Assembly (NCBI GenBank): GCA_002793515.1 | Contig: PFEU01000006.1 | Location: 10,802-74,801 of the forward strand | Origin: Candidatus Uhrbacteria bacterium CG10_big_fil_rev_8_21_14_0_10_48_16 | Lineage (GTDB): Bacteria > Patescibacteriota > Patescibacteriia > UBA9934 > GWF2-40-263 | Length of the DNA stretch: 64,000 nucleotides | Direction: 5' to 3' | Shown here: piece by piece, positions 19,909-29,840 of the stretch | Layout: each line of letters begins with the position of its first letter | How positions within the stretch are numbered: position 1 is the first letter of the stretch | Notes under the pieces: generated by a model | The model's database searches: none | What the model was told of the DNA's origin: nothing | The model's input: only the letters and a program-made list of their open reading frames with translations | Position numbers and translations under genes: made by a program

Positions 19909-20335
19909 AAACCTTCTCGAAACGATGGGTTCTCATGAACGTATAGGAGAACCAGAACATCGCTATGAGTTACGTCGGAGTCTTTTATCTTCGCGTTTTT
20001 TTGCGGTTGAATCTGCTCGTATAAGTCGTTGGGACAGAATGTTGACTTACACGGCTCCGTTGGTTGCTGGCGGAATGATGGTAGGGGTTTTTACGCTTAT
20101 GGCGGTATATGCTCCCGCTGAGCCGGAGGTGGGACCACAGACGATTATTTCTCGGTCTATGACGACTCAAGCGGATGAGTCTTCTCTTGTAGAAGCTTCT
20201 CCATTGAATGCGGAAGATTTTCTCTCGGATCCATCTGAACCAACAGTAAAACTTGCCGACTTTGAAACATCTTCTTCTCAGTCTGTTGTGCGATACACTC
20301 CGCTTTCATCACAGGAGTACGTCCGAACACAGTAG
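19883..20335 (+). CDS. Putative anti-sigma factor (single TM)
   Basis: Overlaps the ECF sigma 3' end; one central TM helix. Function inferred from position. Confidence 0.55.
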   Translation: MSHKLPNIENLLETMGSHERIGEPEHRYELRRSLLSSRFFAVESARISRWDRMLTYTAPLVAGGMMVGVFTLMAVYAPAEPEVGPQTIISRSMTTQADESSLVEASPLNAEDFLSDPSEPTVKLADFETSSSQSVVRYTPLSSQEYVRTQ

Positions 20336-20473
20336 TGAATCTTTCATCCACGGTTTTTTATTTACAGGAGAGAAGAGAATTGTTTATAATGGGTATAGCT
20401 CCACGGAACTAATTTGGGCAAACATTTGGTCTTTTGTTTTCTTGTCTTAGTCGTTTCACTTTCAGTTTCATGG

Positions 20474-21364
20474 CTATTCAGGGAGAGTCAGAATGTTTTT
20501 CCTGCGAGAGAGGAGTGCGTGAGTGATAAGTCGACCCACCATCGCCTCGACCCATATTTGATCGAGTATTTTGTTGAAGTTTGGGTCGACGAGTGGACCT
20601 AATTCACGAATCCCGATCTGGCCTTGTTCTCGGACGACTTTTAGGATTCGACCTCGGTAGATGCGGTCTGGGTAAGGTTTATTGCGATGTTTTCGTTCGT
20701 GGGTCACCGCTATGGAGCGCTTGGGGATTTTGACACGACCCTCGAGGAATTGTTTGGCAGATTTGCAATCATTACGCAGGGGGCACGACTTACAATCTGG
20801 ATTTTTGATACAAACAGACGTTGCGAGGTCAAAGATTGCTTGTGGGACGTCGTAGTAGGCTCCACGACGCGGAATGAAGCTGTCGGCGTGTGAGCCGATC
20901 ATTTCATCGTCAGAAAGCTCTGGGAACGGTTTTCCGAGGAGAACACGCCCGAGGACTCGACGAATGTTTGTGTCGATGGGGAGTGTTCGTTTCTTTTGAG
21001 CAAAGGCGCTCATGGCCGAAGAGGTATAGGGACCGATTCCTTTGATCCTGCGCCAGGCATCTTCTGATGTGGGGACGCCATGCAAACAAACATCCCGCGC
21101 AATATCTCTGAGCATGAGGGCTCGTCGATTATATCCAAGACCCGCCCATGCATGAATGACCTCCGCATTGGAAGCTTCGGCTAACGTTTTCCAGGACGGA
21201 AATTGTTTGAGCCAGGATCGATAAAATACCTTCACACGTTCGACTTGTGTTTGTTGTAGCATGACTTCACTTACGAGGATTCGGTAGGGATCTCGTGTTT
21301 CTCGCCAGGGAAGTTTTCGTCCGTGCGTCCGATACCAGCGTAACAATTTTCCAGCAGGAGTCAT
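20474..21364 (-). CDS. mutY: A/G-specific adenine glycosylase
   Basis: LPWRETRDPYRILVSEVMLQQTQV, WAGLGY, GIGPYT, DTNIRRV, 4Fe-4S cysteines. Confidence 0.93.
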   Translation of the reverse strand: MTPAGKLLRWYRTHGRKLPWRETRDPYRILVSEVMLQQTQVERVKVFYRSWLKQFPSWKTLAEASNAEVIHAWAGLGYNRRALMLRDIARDVCLHGVPTSEDAWRRIKGIGPYTSSAMSAFAQKKRTLPIDTNIRRVLGRVLLGKPFPELSDDEMIGSHADSFIPRRGAYYDVPQAIFDLATSVCIKNPDCKSCPLRNDCKSAKQFLEGRVKIPKRSIAVTHERKHRNKPYPDRIYRGRILKVVREQGQIGIRELGPLVDPNFNKILDQIWVEAMVGRLITHALLSRRKNILTLPE

Positions 21365-21948
21365 AGATCGATAGCCCCCGCTTCTAAGAGGGCTTTATAA
21401 TGGTTCGGACTAAATCGGTAGAGGTATTCAATAAGTTTCCCTCTTTGTGGGGAAGCATCTAAACCGAGGTGATTTGCAAGTGCTTGAATGCGATCAAGAG
21501 CTTCTTGAACATCAGAAGCATGTTCGACGAGGAGTTCGATCTCTGCAAGCTCGTACCCAAAATCACAGACATCTATGTCGATTCGGAAACCTTCTCGCTT
21601 ATAGCTTCGTCTTGTTTTATGAATGGTTGCAAATGGAAGAATCCCTGCCTGGATGAGTGCATCGTTCATAGAAAGATTAGGGAGCAGTTGGAGCTTTTTA
21701 CGAATACGAGCCTCCTCTTCAATTTCTTCATACACGGTTCCGTTCCTCGTACGATTTTTTCCTTGTCCGATTTTTAACTCGAATGCTCCGTTACGTGTGC
21801 GTAACCACATATCTTGGAGAGTGTAGTGATAGTTCTGAGTATCGAAAAAGACATCGATATTTGTGACTTCCTTGAATAGTTTAGCCCCTTCGAGGAGCCG
21901 TTCTTCTTGATCCCTAGTGAGAGTAAACTTCTTTTCGACTTCAATCAT
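21361..21948 (-). CDS. CYTH-domain protein
   Basis: IEVEKKF (ExExK), WLRTR, EIE. Confidence 0.85.
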   Translation of the reverse strand: MIEVEKKFTLTRDQEERLLEGAKLFKEVTNIDVFFDTQNYHYTLQDMWLRTRNGAFELKIGQGKNRTRNGTVYEEIEEEARIRKKLQLLPNLSMNDALIQAGILPFATIHKTRRSYKREGFRIDIDVCDFGYELAEIELLVEHASDVQEALDRIQALANHLGLDASPQRGKLIEYLYRFSPNHYKALLEAGAIDL

Positions 21949-22100
21949 ATTGAGTAAAATCATACCATATGGAACTTATTGCTTGACACACACTTGAACT
22001 GATGATCTATGCTCTAGTATCATTGGAGTACCTAAGCCTTTAGGTACTAATTCATAACTTATCCTTGAGGCAATAAGACAAACGTCTTAGCCACAATGTT

Positions 22101-22268
22101 ATGCTGTATCAATACAGTTTCGTTACGGACCCATGGGACGATGACGAAGATGAAGAGATGGACATGACTATGGGTATGGGCAGTGATATAGAGGAGGACG
22201 AAGAAGACGATGCCGATACCGACATAGACCTGGACATGGGTCTCGATGACGATGGAGACGAGTGGTAA
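22101..22268 (+). CDS. 55-aa hyper-acidic microprotein (not in ORF track)
   Basis: MLYQYSFVTDPWDDDEDEEMDMTMGMGSDIEEDEEDDADTDIDLDMGLDDDGDEW; upstream TTGACA at 21983; terminator immediately after the stop. Confidence 0.65.
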   Translation: MLYQYSFVTDPWDDDEDEEMDMTMGMGSDIEEDEEDDADTDIDLDMGLDDDGDEW

Positions 22269-22302
22269 AAAATCAGGCCTTAACCGGCCTGGTTTTATTT
22301 TT
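22269..22302 (+). terminator. Intrinsic terminator
   Basis: AAAATCAGGCC-TTAACC-GGCCTGGTTTT-ATTTTT. Confidence 0.75.
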
Positions 22303-22334
22303 CTATGGGGGATGAGTGGTATACTAGAGGGCGT

Positions 22335-23624
22335 ATGGGTATCAAAATTTTGAATCAAAAAACGCTTGCAAGCACTCCTTTACGCAGAGATGCTCTTCGT
22401 ATTATGAAGGCAGGAATCCAGGCGGTTGAGACAGGGGTCGTTGTAAAAAAACGAGTGAGTCGAACAGGAGAAAAGCTTCTCATAGATAAGAAGAGTTATC
22501 GTCTTGATCGGTATGAGCGTATTTTTGTTGTGGGTGTTGGAAAAGCTTCCTATGATGCGGGAAAGGCCCTCGAATCAATTCTCGGAGATCGTATTACCGA
22601 TGGAATTGTATTGGATGTGAAAGGCGGGAAGCTGAAATATCTTAAGAGTCTCGTGGGAACCCATCCATTTCCAAGCCACACAAATATCAGAGCTACGGCG
22701 GAAATGCTTGGAATACTAAAAGGGGTGACGGCTAAAGATCTTGTCATTACCGTTATTTCTGGTGGAGGTTCTGCGCTGTTGTGCTGGCCACACCAGCTCG
22801 AATGTGATGACGTCACAATGATTACACAAGTTCTGATGAAGCGAGGGGCGACCATTCATGAATTAAATACCGTTCGCAAACATATTTCTGAGATTCAAGG
22901 TGGGCAATTGGCGGGACTTGCGTATCCTGCAACGGTGGCCAGTCTTATTTTCTCAGATGTACCAGGGGATGATATTTCGATGGTCGCCTCTGGGCCGACC
23001 GTCCTGGATGTCACAACGGTGAAGGATGCTCAGCGGGTGATGAAGAAGTATCAAGTTCTAGATCTATGTCGATTAGAAAAGTGCGATTTGCGTGAGACCC
23101 CGAAGGATCCACTTCTTTTTTCTCATGTTCAAAACGTCTTGATGGTCAGTAATGAGGTGGCGGTTGAGGCGATGAAGAAGAAGGCGAAGGAACTCGGGTA
23201 TGCGCCAGTTGTGTACTCAACGCAACTTGATGGGGAAGCACGAGAAGCGGGAAAACTTTTTGCGAGTCTTGTGAAGCCAGGTCAGGCGCTCATTGGGGCT
23301 GGAGAAACGACTGTAACGATTCGAGGAACAGGAGAGGGGGGAAGAAATCAGGAGTTCGTTCTTGGGGCTCTTGAGACACTTCAACCGCATTCACTTCTTC
23401 TGTCTCTGGCGTCCGATGGAATCGATAACGGTCCCATGGCAGGGGCCCTTATTGATGATCAGGTGAAAAAAATGGTTCAAGAGAAGAATCTGGATCTAGA
23501 TTTATATCTTCAGCAGAATAACAGTCTTCCTTTTTTTCAGGAGACAGAGAGCTTTATTAAGACCGGAATGACAGGGGTAAATGTTTCAGATTTGATGCTC
23601 TGTTTGCAAAAGAAAATGAGTTAA
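22335..23624 (+). CDS. Glycerate kinase type 2 (DUF4147 + MOFRL)
   Basis: GVGKAS, HPFP, ISGGGSAL, ELNTVRKHIS.IQGG, SDVPGDD..ASGPT, GEGGRNQE, TGVNVSD. Confidence 0.92.
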   Translation: MGIKILNQKTLASTPLRRDALRIMKAGIQAVETGVVVKKRVSRTGEKLLIDKKSYRLDRYERIFVVGVGKASYDAGKALESILGDRITDGIVLDVKGGKLKYLKSLVGTHPFPSHTNIRATAEMLGILKGVTAKDLVITVISGGGSALLCWPHQLECDDVTMITQVLMKRGATIHELNTVRKHISEIQGGQLAGLAYPATVASLIFSDVPGDDISMVASGPTVLDVTTVKDAQRVMKKYQVLDLCRLEKCDLRETPKDPLLFSHVQNVLMVSNEVAVEAMKKKAKELGYAPVVYSTQLDGEAREAGKLFASLVKPGQALIGAGETTVTIRGTGEGGRNQEFVLGALETLQPHSLLLSLASDGIDNGPMAGALIDDQVKKMVQEKNLDLDLYLQQNNSLPFFQETESFIKTGMTGVNVSDLMLCLQKKMS

Positions 23625-23681
23625 GGATCCCCCCTTGCTTCTAAATGAAATAAAGCGTATCTTCCAGTCGAATTTTCAACT

Positions 23682-24632
23682 ATGCATATTGCCATCCTTG
23701 TGTTTGAACAGGAGAAGAAAGATCTTCTTCCTGGGTCCAAAATGCTCATGGATAAAGCGATCCTCATGAATCATGAGGTGACGATCCTGAGAGAAAATGA
23801 AGTTTACATTCTGTACGATGGTCAGCGAGAGTCGTTGTACATGGCAGGAAAACCCTTAGAAAAGTTTGACGCCGTTATTGTGCGTCCAAGCTTTGCTTCG
23901 GATCCCTCTATCCATGCGTCTTTGATTCGTCAGTTTGAGTTACAGGGGTATCTTGTTATTAACTCGCATGCAGCGGTTCATCGAGCGAAGAACAAAGTTC
24001 GAACGCTTCAACTATTACATCATTACGGTATTGCCATGCCAAAGACCGTTGTTCTTTTTGGTGAGGGGAATCTTGATGAAGTGATGCATGAGTTTAAGTA
24101 CCCTGTCATTGTGAAGTCGGCGTATGGAGCGGGTGGATCAGGCGTGTTCATTGCAGAGTCCCGCCGATCTTTGAAACCTGTTGTGGAACATCTCTTGAAG
24201 CGGAACCGGACAGAGCCTATTAAGATTCAGGAGTACATCGCTGAATCGAAAGGGAAGGATCTTCGATTATTCGTTGTCGGAAAGAAAGTTGTCGCAACGA
24301 TGCAACGGTCGGCAAAGAAAGGGGAATTTCGTTCAAACTTTCATAAGGGTGGAAGTGTAAAGAATATTGTGCCAACAGAAGAAGAAGTGACGATGGCTCT
24401 TGAAGCGAGTATTGGTTTGGGTCTTGATATCTCAGGGGTTGATATTCTTCGAACCAAGAAGGGACCAGTCATTATTGAAGTGAACTCTCAACCTGGGCTC
24501 GAAGGGATCAGTCAGGCGACGGGAGTAGACGTTGCAAAAAAGATTATTGAGTATACGGAAAGACGTGCAACAAATAGAAAACGAAAACTTCAACGACCTA
24601 CGGTAGAGCGAAGGAGGGCTCAAGAAGGATAG
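23682..24632 (+). CDS. RimK-family ATP-grasp alpha-L-glutamate ligase
   Basis: YPVIVKSAYGAGGSGV, IQEYI, DLRLFVVG, FRSNFHKGG, GVDIL, EVNSQPG. Confidence 0.9.
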   Translation: MHIAILVFEQEKKDLLPGSKMLMDKAILMNHEVTILRENEVYILYDGQRESLYMAGKPLEKFDAVIVRPSFASDPSIHASLIRQFELQGYLVINSHAAVHRAKNKVRTLQLLHHYGIAMPKTVVLFGEGNLDEVMHEFKYPVIVKSAYGAGGSGVFIAESRRSLKPVVEHLLKRNRTEPIKIQEYIAESKGKDLRLFVVGKKVVATMQRSAKKGEFRSNFHKGGSVKNIVPTEEEVTMALEASIGLGLDISGVDILRTKKGPVIIEVNSQPGLEGISQATGVDVAKKIIEYTERRATNRKRKLQRPTVERRRAQEG

Positions 24633-24639
24633 CTTGATT

Positions 24640-25155
24640 ATGCGTCTTCCTCATCGACCAAAACAACAGATGAAGCAACTTCTTCAAGAAGAGGAAGCGC
24701 TTTATCTTACACGTGAAGGAATCGAGAAGTTGAGACGTCGATTAAAGCATATTGCGGAAGTTGAGTTACCACAGGCGATTGAAGATGTTCAGCGAACAGG
24801 GGAGTTCGGTGATTTTTCGGAGAATGCAGAGTACCAAGAAGCGAAGGGACGTATGCGCCGTCTTCGAAATCAAGAAACATCCATCACAGAAAAATTAAAG
24901 GTTGCGATTGAAATTCAGCCCTCGTTGACACAGAGTGGTCTCGTTCATATGGGATCAAAAGTTGTCTTGAATATTCAGGGACGGGGAGAAAAGATGTTTC
25001 ACATTGTCGGGCCAGAAGAGACAGATCCACTCAAAGGTCGTCTTTCCTTTAAATCGCCTCTTGGAGCACGATTGATGGGGCGGTCTGTAGGGGAGGAGGT
25101 TTGTGTGCAGAGTCCTGCGGGCGAGGTGGTCTATCGGATAATCTCTATTGAGTGA
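24640..25155 (+). CDS. greA: Transcription elongation factor GreA/GreB
   Basis: GDFSENAEYQEAK; IVGPEETDP..G.LS..SPLG..L.G. Confidence 0.88.
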   Translation: MRLPHRPKQQMKQLLQEEEALYLTREGIEKLRRRLKHIAEVELPQAIEDVQRTGEFGDFSENAEYQEAKGRMRRLRNQETSITEKLKVAIEIQPSLTQSGLVHMGSKVVLNIQGRGEKMFHIVGPEETDPLKGRLSFKSPLGARLMGRSVGEEVCVQSPAGEVVYRIISIE

Positions 25156-25205
25156 AAGGGCTTCACTATTGACAAAAGACAGTTTTTTCCCTAGATTAAG
25201 GACAT

Positions 25206-25829
25206 ATGAAAGCTTCAGTGAGATTTGTTAGTTCTGTTGCTCTGAGCATAACTCTTCTGTTTGGTGGGGTTATGGGTGTATCTGCCCATGGATTGTTCAA
25301 AAATGCACTTCCAGAAAATCTTCGAACCTGGAGCACATATGGTTCACCTCGCGTCTCTTCAGCGAGCGTGACACTTCATGGAGCGGATCGAGAGTGGGTA
25401 TACGTTGATATTGATGCAGATCGCATCGATGAAGCGTATATCGTTTTGGCATCCTATGTAGATAAAAACGATTCACGAACAGCGTATTCGTCTACGGATC
25501 GAAATCGTTCGGGAAATCCTTATCTCTACGCCTATTATCTCGATCAAAACGGAACAATTAAAAAGTATCTTTCGGGCTCAGATCTGCTTGCAACAACGCA
25601 TAGAGGATCAGATAACGTTGTATACGGAATTTTTCCAACAGTGAGTGGAACAGAAACAATTCGTGTTTTTCTCAAACAAAGTTCTGTGAAGAATATAAGT
25701 AATGCAAAAGTGAATGTCACTTTTGAGAAACCTGTTCTCTTTGAGGCTTCAACCTATCGTCAAGCACGAGAGCTTGTCCAGGACTATGCTCGTATGAACG
25801 TGCATAGTCATCATTCCTCCAGTCGATAA
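25206..25829 (+). CDS. Secreted hypothetical protein
   Basis: Signal peptide ending VSA|H; TTGACA-17-TAGATT promoter upstream; terminator downstream. Confidence 0.7.
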   Translation: MKASVRFVSSVALSITLLFGGVMGVSAHGLFKNALPENLRTWSTYGSPRVSSASVTLHGADREWVYVDIDADRIDEAYIVLASYVDKNDSRTAYSSTDRNRSGNPYLYAYYLDQNGTIKKYLSGSDLLATTHRGSDNVVYGIFPTVSGTETIRVFLKQSSVKNISNAKVNVTFEKPVLFEASTYRQARELVQDYARMNVHSHHSSSR

Positions 25830-25859
25830 AAAAACGACCGGATACCCGGTCGTTTTTTT
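25828..25859. terminator. Bidirectional terminator
   Basis: AAAAAAACGACCGG-ATAC-CCGGTCGTTTTTTT. Confidence 0.88.
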
Positions 25860-26491
25860 CATGGATCAAGATCTTGAATGAACTCGCCCTCAATGTAAGG
25901 AGGTTCGATCAGATAGAGATCAATGAATGCTTTGTAGATGGCACCAACCTCTCGAATCTTGAATGGAATTTCTTTGAGGTACGGTTGAAGGGTGGCTGAG
26001 AGTCCTGTGCTTTCAATGCCGAGCGATTCGCAGGTCCAGATGGCGCGCGGAAGATGATACCCTTGAGAGATAAGAATCGCCTGGTCAATTCCCCAAAGAT
26101 CATGCGCGCGACGACAGGTGTCGTACGTTCTCCTCCCTGCATAGTCTGCAAAGATGGCTTCTTCTGGGATCCCAAAGGTGTCTATGAGCGTTTGCTTCAT
26201 GACCTCGGGCTCATTATATTCTTGCGTGTGATTATCGCCCGAAACAAGAATGCGTTCGATTCGATCCGTCAGGAAGAGTTCAGAGGCGATGGTGAGTCGG
26301 TCCATGAGTGCGTCTGAGGGGGTGTTCTGACGTGTGAGCCCTGCACCAAAGACAATACCTACGGGTGAGGCGTGCGTCGTTTCTATTCCTGTATAGATGC
26401 TCGATTTTCCCCGGAACAATACACAAACAGGAAGCAGGATAAACAGGAAACAGGGGAGAGCCACACAGAGAATAAGAGAAGATTTTTTCAT
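25859..26491 (-). CDS. SanA/YdcF (DUF218) family protein
   Basis: IVFGAG, ILVSGDN...YNEP..M, DYAGRRTYDTC.RA, SQGYHLPRA. Confidence 0.9.
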   Translation of the reverse strand: MKKSSLILCVALPCFLFILLPVCVLFRGKSSIYTGIETTHASPVGIVFGAGLTRQNTPSDALMDRLTIASELFLTDRIERILVSGDNHTQEYNEPEVMKQTLIDTFGIPEEAIFADYAGRRTYDTCRRAHDLWGIDQAILISQGYHLPRAIWTCESLGIESTGLSATLQPYLKEIPFKIREVGAIYKAFIDLYLIEPPYIEGEFIQDLDP

Positions 26492-26591
26492 AGAAATATT
26501 TTCTTATCATAACCTCCATTTGATAATCATGGTACCCTGGAGGAAAAGAATCCTTTACATAGAAAAGGACTTGGTACAAAAATTCGTGAGT

Positions 26592-27860
26592 ATGTCTAGA
26601 GATGAATTAGAACAAAAAGAATTTTACGGGTTAGGAATTGCTCCAACCCTTCTCGAACGGATCGAGGATCTTGGGTTTAAGCACCCAACCCCCATTCAGT
26701 TTAAAGCGATTCCCATCGCGTGTTCAGGAGAGGACGTTGTAGGAATTGCTCAAACAGGAACAGGAAAAACACTTGCGTTTTCTATTCCCATGCTTCAGCA
26801 AATGTCTGCACGTGGGAAAAAGGGACTGATACTTCTTCCAACCCGTGAACTTGCGATTCAGGTTGAGCAAACACTGGTGAAGCTCGCAGGGCCTTTGGGA
26901 TTGCGAACGGCATTGCTCATTGGTGGAACAAACCCAAACCCTCAGAAACGCAAATTGCGGGAGAAGCCACATGTCATTATTGCGACTCCTGGGCGTCTGA
27001 TCGATATGATGAATCAGCGTGCCGCAAACTTGAGCGAGATCGGAGTTCTCGTTCTTGATGAAGCGGATCGCATGCTTGATATGGGTTTTGCTCCTCAGCT
27101 CAAGAAGATTTTGGCGAGCGTTCCTAAGGAGCGTCAAACTATGCTGTTCTCGGCAACCATGCCTGAACAGATTGCGACGATTGCTCGGGAGTTTATGAAG
27201 AGTCCATTGCGTGTTGAGGTGGCTCCTGCTGGAACCACGGCAGAACGAGTCGTGCAAGAGATGTTTATCGTGCCAAAGGACGAGAAAGTAGATCTTTTGA
27301 AAAAACTCCTCACGGAATATAAAGGAACGGTTTTGGTTTTTTGTCGAACAAAACATGGAGCCAGCAAGCTTGCGCGATCTATTCGAGGAATGGGGCATAG
27401 CTCTGCAGAAATTCACTCAAATCGTTCTCAGAATCAACGACAAGAAGCGCTTCGTGGATTTACCAATGGAAAGTATCGCGTCATGGTCGCAACAGATATT
27501 GCTGCGCGTGGAATTGATGTGAAGAATATTGAGCTCGTGGTAAATTTTGATCTTCCAGATCAGCTTGAAGACTATGTTCACCGAATTGGCCGTACAGGAA
27601 GAGCTGGAACCGCAGGAAAGGCTATTTCGTTTGCTGCCCCAGAGCAGAAAGGTGACATTATTCAGATTGAACGTTTGATTAATACAACCCTTCCTGTCAT
27701 GACGGCATCAGGAGACTTGATCGAGTTGAAAGATCGAAGAGGCAGTGCACGCGCTCCGCGTTCACGTTCAGGTGGAGGGGGAGGAAGACGGTATGGAGGT
27801 TCTGGTTCATCACGACCAGGACGCTCACGAAGTCGTGGTCCTGCAAAGAAACGATACTAA
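26592..27860 (+). CDS. DEAD-box RNA helicase with Arg/Gly-rich tail
   Basis: Q motif PTPIQ, AQTGTGKT, PTRELA, DEAD, SAT, ARGID, HRIGRTGR. Confidence 0.96.
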   Translation: MSRDELEQKEFYGLGIAPTLLERIEDLGFKHPTPIQFKAIPIACSGEDVVGIAQTGTGKTLAFSIPMLQQMSARGKKGLILLPTRELAIQVEQTLVKLAGPLGLRTALLIGGTNPNPQKRKLREKPHVIIATPGRLIDMMNQRAANLSEIGVLVLDEADRMLDMGFAPQLKKILASVPKERQTMLFSATMPEQIATIAREFMKSPLRVEVAPAGTTAERVVQEMFIVPKDEKVDLLKKLLTEYKGTVLVFCRTKHGASKLARSIRGMGHSSAEIHSNRSQNQRQEALRGFTNGKYRVMVATDIAARGIDVKNIELVVNFDLPDQLEDYVHRIGRTGRAGTAGKAISFAAPEQKGDIIQIERLINTTLPVMTASGDLIELKDRRGSARAPRSRSGGGGGRRYGGSGSSRPGRSRSRGPAKKRY

Positions 27861-27861
27861 T

Positions 27862-27896
27862 CAAAAAAACATCCGGAAGTTCCGGATGTTTTTTTC
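27862..27896. terminator. Bidirectional terminator
   Basis: AAAAAAACATCCGGAA-G-TTCCGGATGTTTTTTT. Confidence 0.88.
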
Positions 27897-27899
27897 GTG

Positions 27900-28352
27900 C
27901 TAGGTGTCCCAGCCGAACGCGCTGTAGACGCTTCCTTGTCGGATATGATTAAAGGCTTGTTGATAATAATCGATAACCGTATCCGGGAGATCATCCATGG
28001 GGACCCACGTGAGTTCTGAACACTTATCTTCTTCGCAGTTTATAGGTTCACCTTCCCATGTTCGGCATAAAAAGAAGAAATCGATGCGTTCGTGATCGCC
28101 ACAATGTCGGTGCATCACATGAGCGAGCTCGAGGTTCTCAACGTCTAGATCCAGTCCCGCCTCTTCTTTCGCTTCTCGTTTCATCGCGTGCGTGAGTTCT
28201 TCTTCTCCATCGACATGACCGGCTGGAAGTCCGTATTCCCCGTCCTTATAACCGGTATTTTGACGTTTAAGTAAGAGAACTCGACCTTGTTCATCGAGAA
28301 GGATGAGGTAGACAGAGACAATGGCTCGAAAGCGGTCTTTCCAATGGATCAT
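27900..28352 (-). CDS. NUDIX hydrolase
   Basis: Nudix box PAGHVDGEEELTHAMKREAKEEAGL. Confidence 0.92.
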   Translation of the reverse strand: MIHWKDRFRAIVSVYLILLDEQGRVLLLKRQNTGYKDGEYGLPAGHVDGEEELTHAMKREAKEEAGLDLDVENLELAHVMHRHCGDHERIDFFFLCRTWEGEPINCEEDKCSELTWVPMDDLPDTVIDYYQQAFNHIRQGSVYSAFGWDT

Positions 28353-28375
28353 ATGAGGGTTATTATAGCAACGAT

Positions 28376-29077
28376 ATGAAAACTCGACTAAATAAATATC
28401 TCGCAGAACGCGGTGTTTGTTCACGAAGACAAGCAGATGCGCTTATTCATGAAGGGAAGGTTAGGGTTAATGGAGCGATCGCCACGCTGGGTCTGCAGGT
28501 TGGAGATGATGATGAGGTGATCGTTTCAGGTAAGCCAATTGGGGCTGGACGACCAAAAAAGGTGTACATGGCGTTCCATAAACCGGTTGGTATTATGACG
28601 TCCGTTGACCCACGCGCGCCAGATACGATTCGCTCTTTTCTCAATCTTGAAAACCATCTCTTTCCTGTTGGACGTCTGGATGTGGCGTCGAGTGGATTGT
28701 TGATTCTCACAAATGACGGAGATCTTTCTGAGCATATTACGCACCCTCGTTACAATCATGAGAAGGAATATATTGTCACAGTTGATCGACCCGTTCGTCG
28801 CGAAGATCTTCGTATCATGGCAGAGGGGATGATGATTCTTGGATCCATGACGAAACCAGCGAAGGTGAAGAAGATTGGCGATCAACGATTTACGATTATT
28901 TTGACTGAGGGACGGAATCGGCAGATTCGACGTATGTGCGAAGAGCTAGGGTACGGCATACAAGCCCTAAAACGCATTCGTGTGATGAATATTGAACTCG
29001 GAGATCTTCCTGTTGGGAGAACTCGACCACTTACGCAACAGGAGCTTCGTGATCTCAAGAAGCGTTTAGGACTGTAG
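28376..29077 (+). CDS. rRNA pseudouridine synthase (RsuA/RluB/RluF family)
   Basis: S4 domain RLNKYLA..SRR.AD; VGRLD, TNDG, EGRNRQIRRM. Confidence 0.95.
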   Translation: MKTRLNKYLAERGVCSRRQADALIHEGKVRVNGAIATLGLQVGDDDEVIVSGKPIGAGRPKKVYMAFHKPVGIMTSVDPRAPDTIRSFLNLENHLFPVGRLDVASSGLLILTNDGDLSEHITHPRYNHEKEYIVTVDRPVRREDLRIMAEGMMILGSMTKPAKVKKIGDQRFTIILTEGRNRQIRRMCEELGYGIQALKRIRVMNIELGDLPVGRTRPLTQQELRDLKKRLGL

Positions 29078-29836
29078 ACCTACACGTTTGCGTAGGAGGG
29101 TGATGAGCGTCAGCCCAAGAGCAAGGGTTAACACGAACATAGTGATGGCACTTAGGGCTATAGGAGTGCTGGCTGAGCCTGTGAACCCATAGCGAAATCC
29201 ATCGATGGCATAGACAAGGGGATTGAATCGAGCCACGGTCTGCCAGATTCCTGGAAGGTGACTGATCTCGTAAAAAACTCCTCCGAGATACGTAAGAGGT
29301 GTCAAAACAAATGTTGGAATGATACTGACGTCATCAAATTTTCGAGCGAACATGCCATTGAGAAAACCAATCATCGAGAAGAAAATGGCGGTCATGAGAC
29401 TGAAATAAATAATGGCCCACACATGGGTTATTGAGGCGGGAACAAAGAAGAGTGAAATGAGAAACACGATGATTCCAACAAGGAGACTCCGTACAACCCC
29501 TCCCGTACAAAACCCGGCAAGAAGGGTTGATGGCGAGACAGGAGCAACGAGAATTTCTTCAATACTTCGTTGAAACTTTGCGCCGAAAAATGAACTAGCT
29601 ACGTTGGAAAATGCATTTGTGACGACGGCCATGAGAATCAATCCAGGCACGATAAACGAAGCATAACTTTGTCCACCGATGTCCCCGATACGTGATCCAA
29701 GAAAGGCTCCAAATATAACAAAATAGAGCGATTGAGTAATCACGGGCGGAAGAAGCGTTTGTGTCCAAATACGGAGAATCCGGTTGATCTCCTTCCGGGC
29801 GATGGTGAGATAGGCAATGGTTGGGGAGTATGCCAT
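29066..29836 (-). CDS. ABC-2 permease (YadH-like)
   Basis: RIWTQTLLPP, SFIVPGL, PLTYLGGVFY. Confidence 0.9.
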   Translation of the reverse strand: MAYSPTIAYLTIARKEINRILRIWTQTLLPPVITQSLYFVIFGAFLGSRIGDIGGQSYASFIVPGLILMAVVTNAFSNVASSFFGAKFQRSIEEILVAPVSPSTLLAGFCTGGVVRSLLVGIIVFLISLFFVPASITHVWAIIYFSLMTAIFFSMIGFLNGMFARKFDDVSIIPTFVLTPLTYLGGVFYEISHLPGIWQTVARFNPLVYAIDGFRYGFTGSASTPIALSAITMFVLTLALGLTLITLLRKRVGLQS

Positions 29837-29840
29837 AGGA

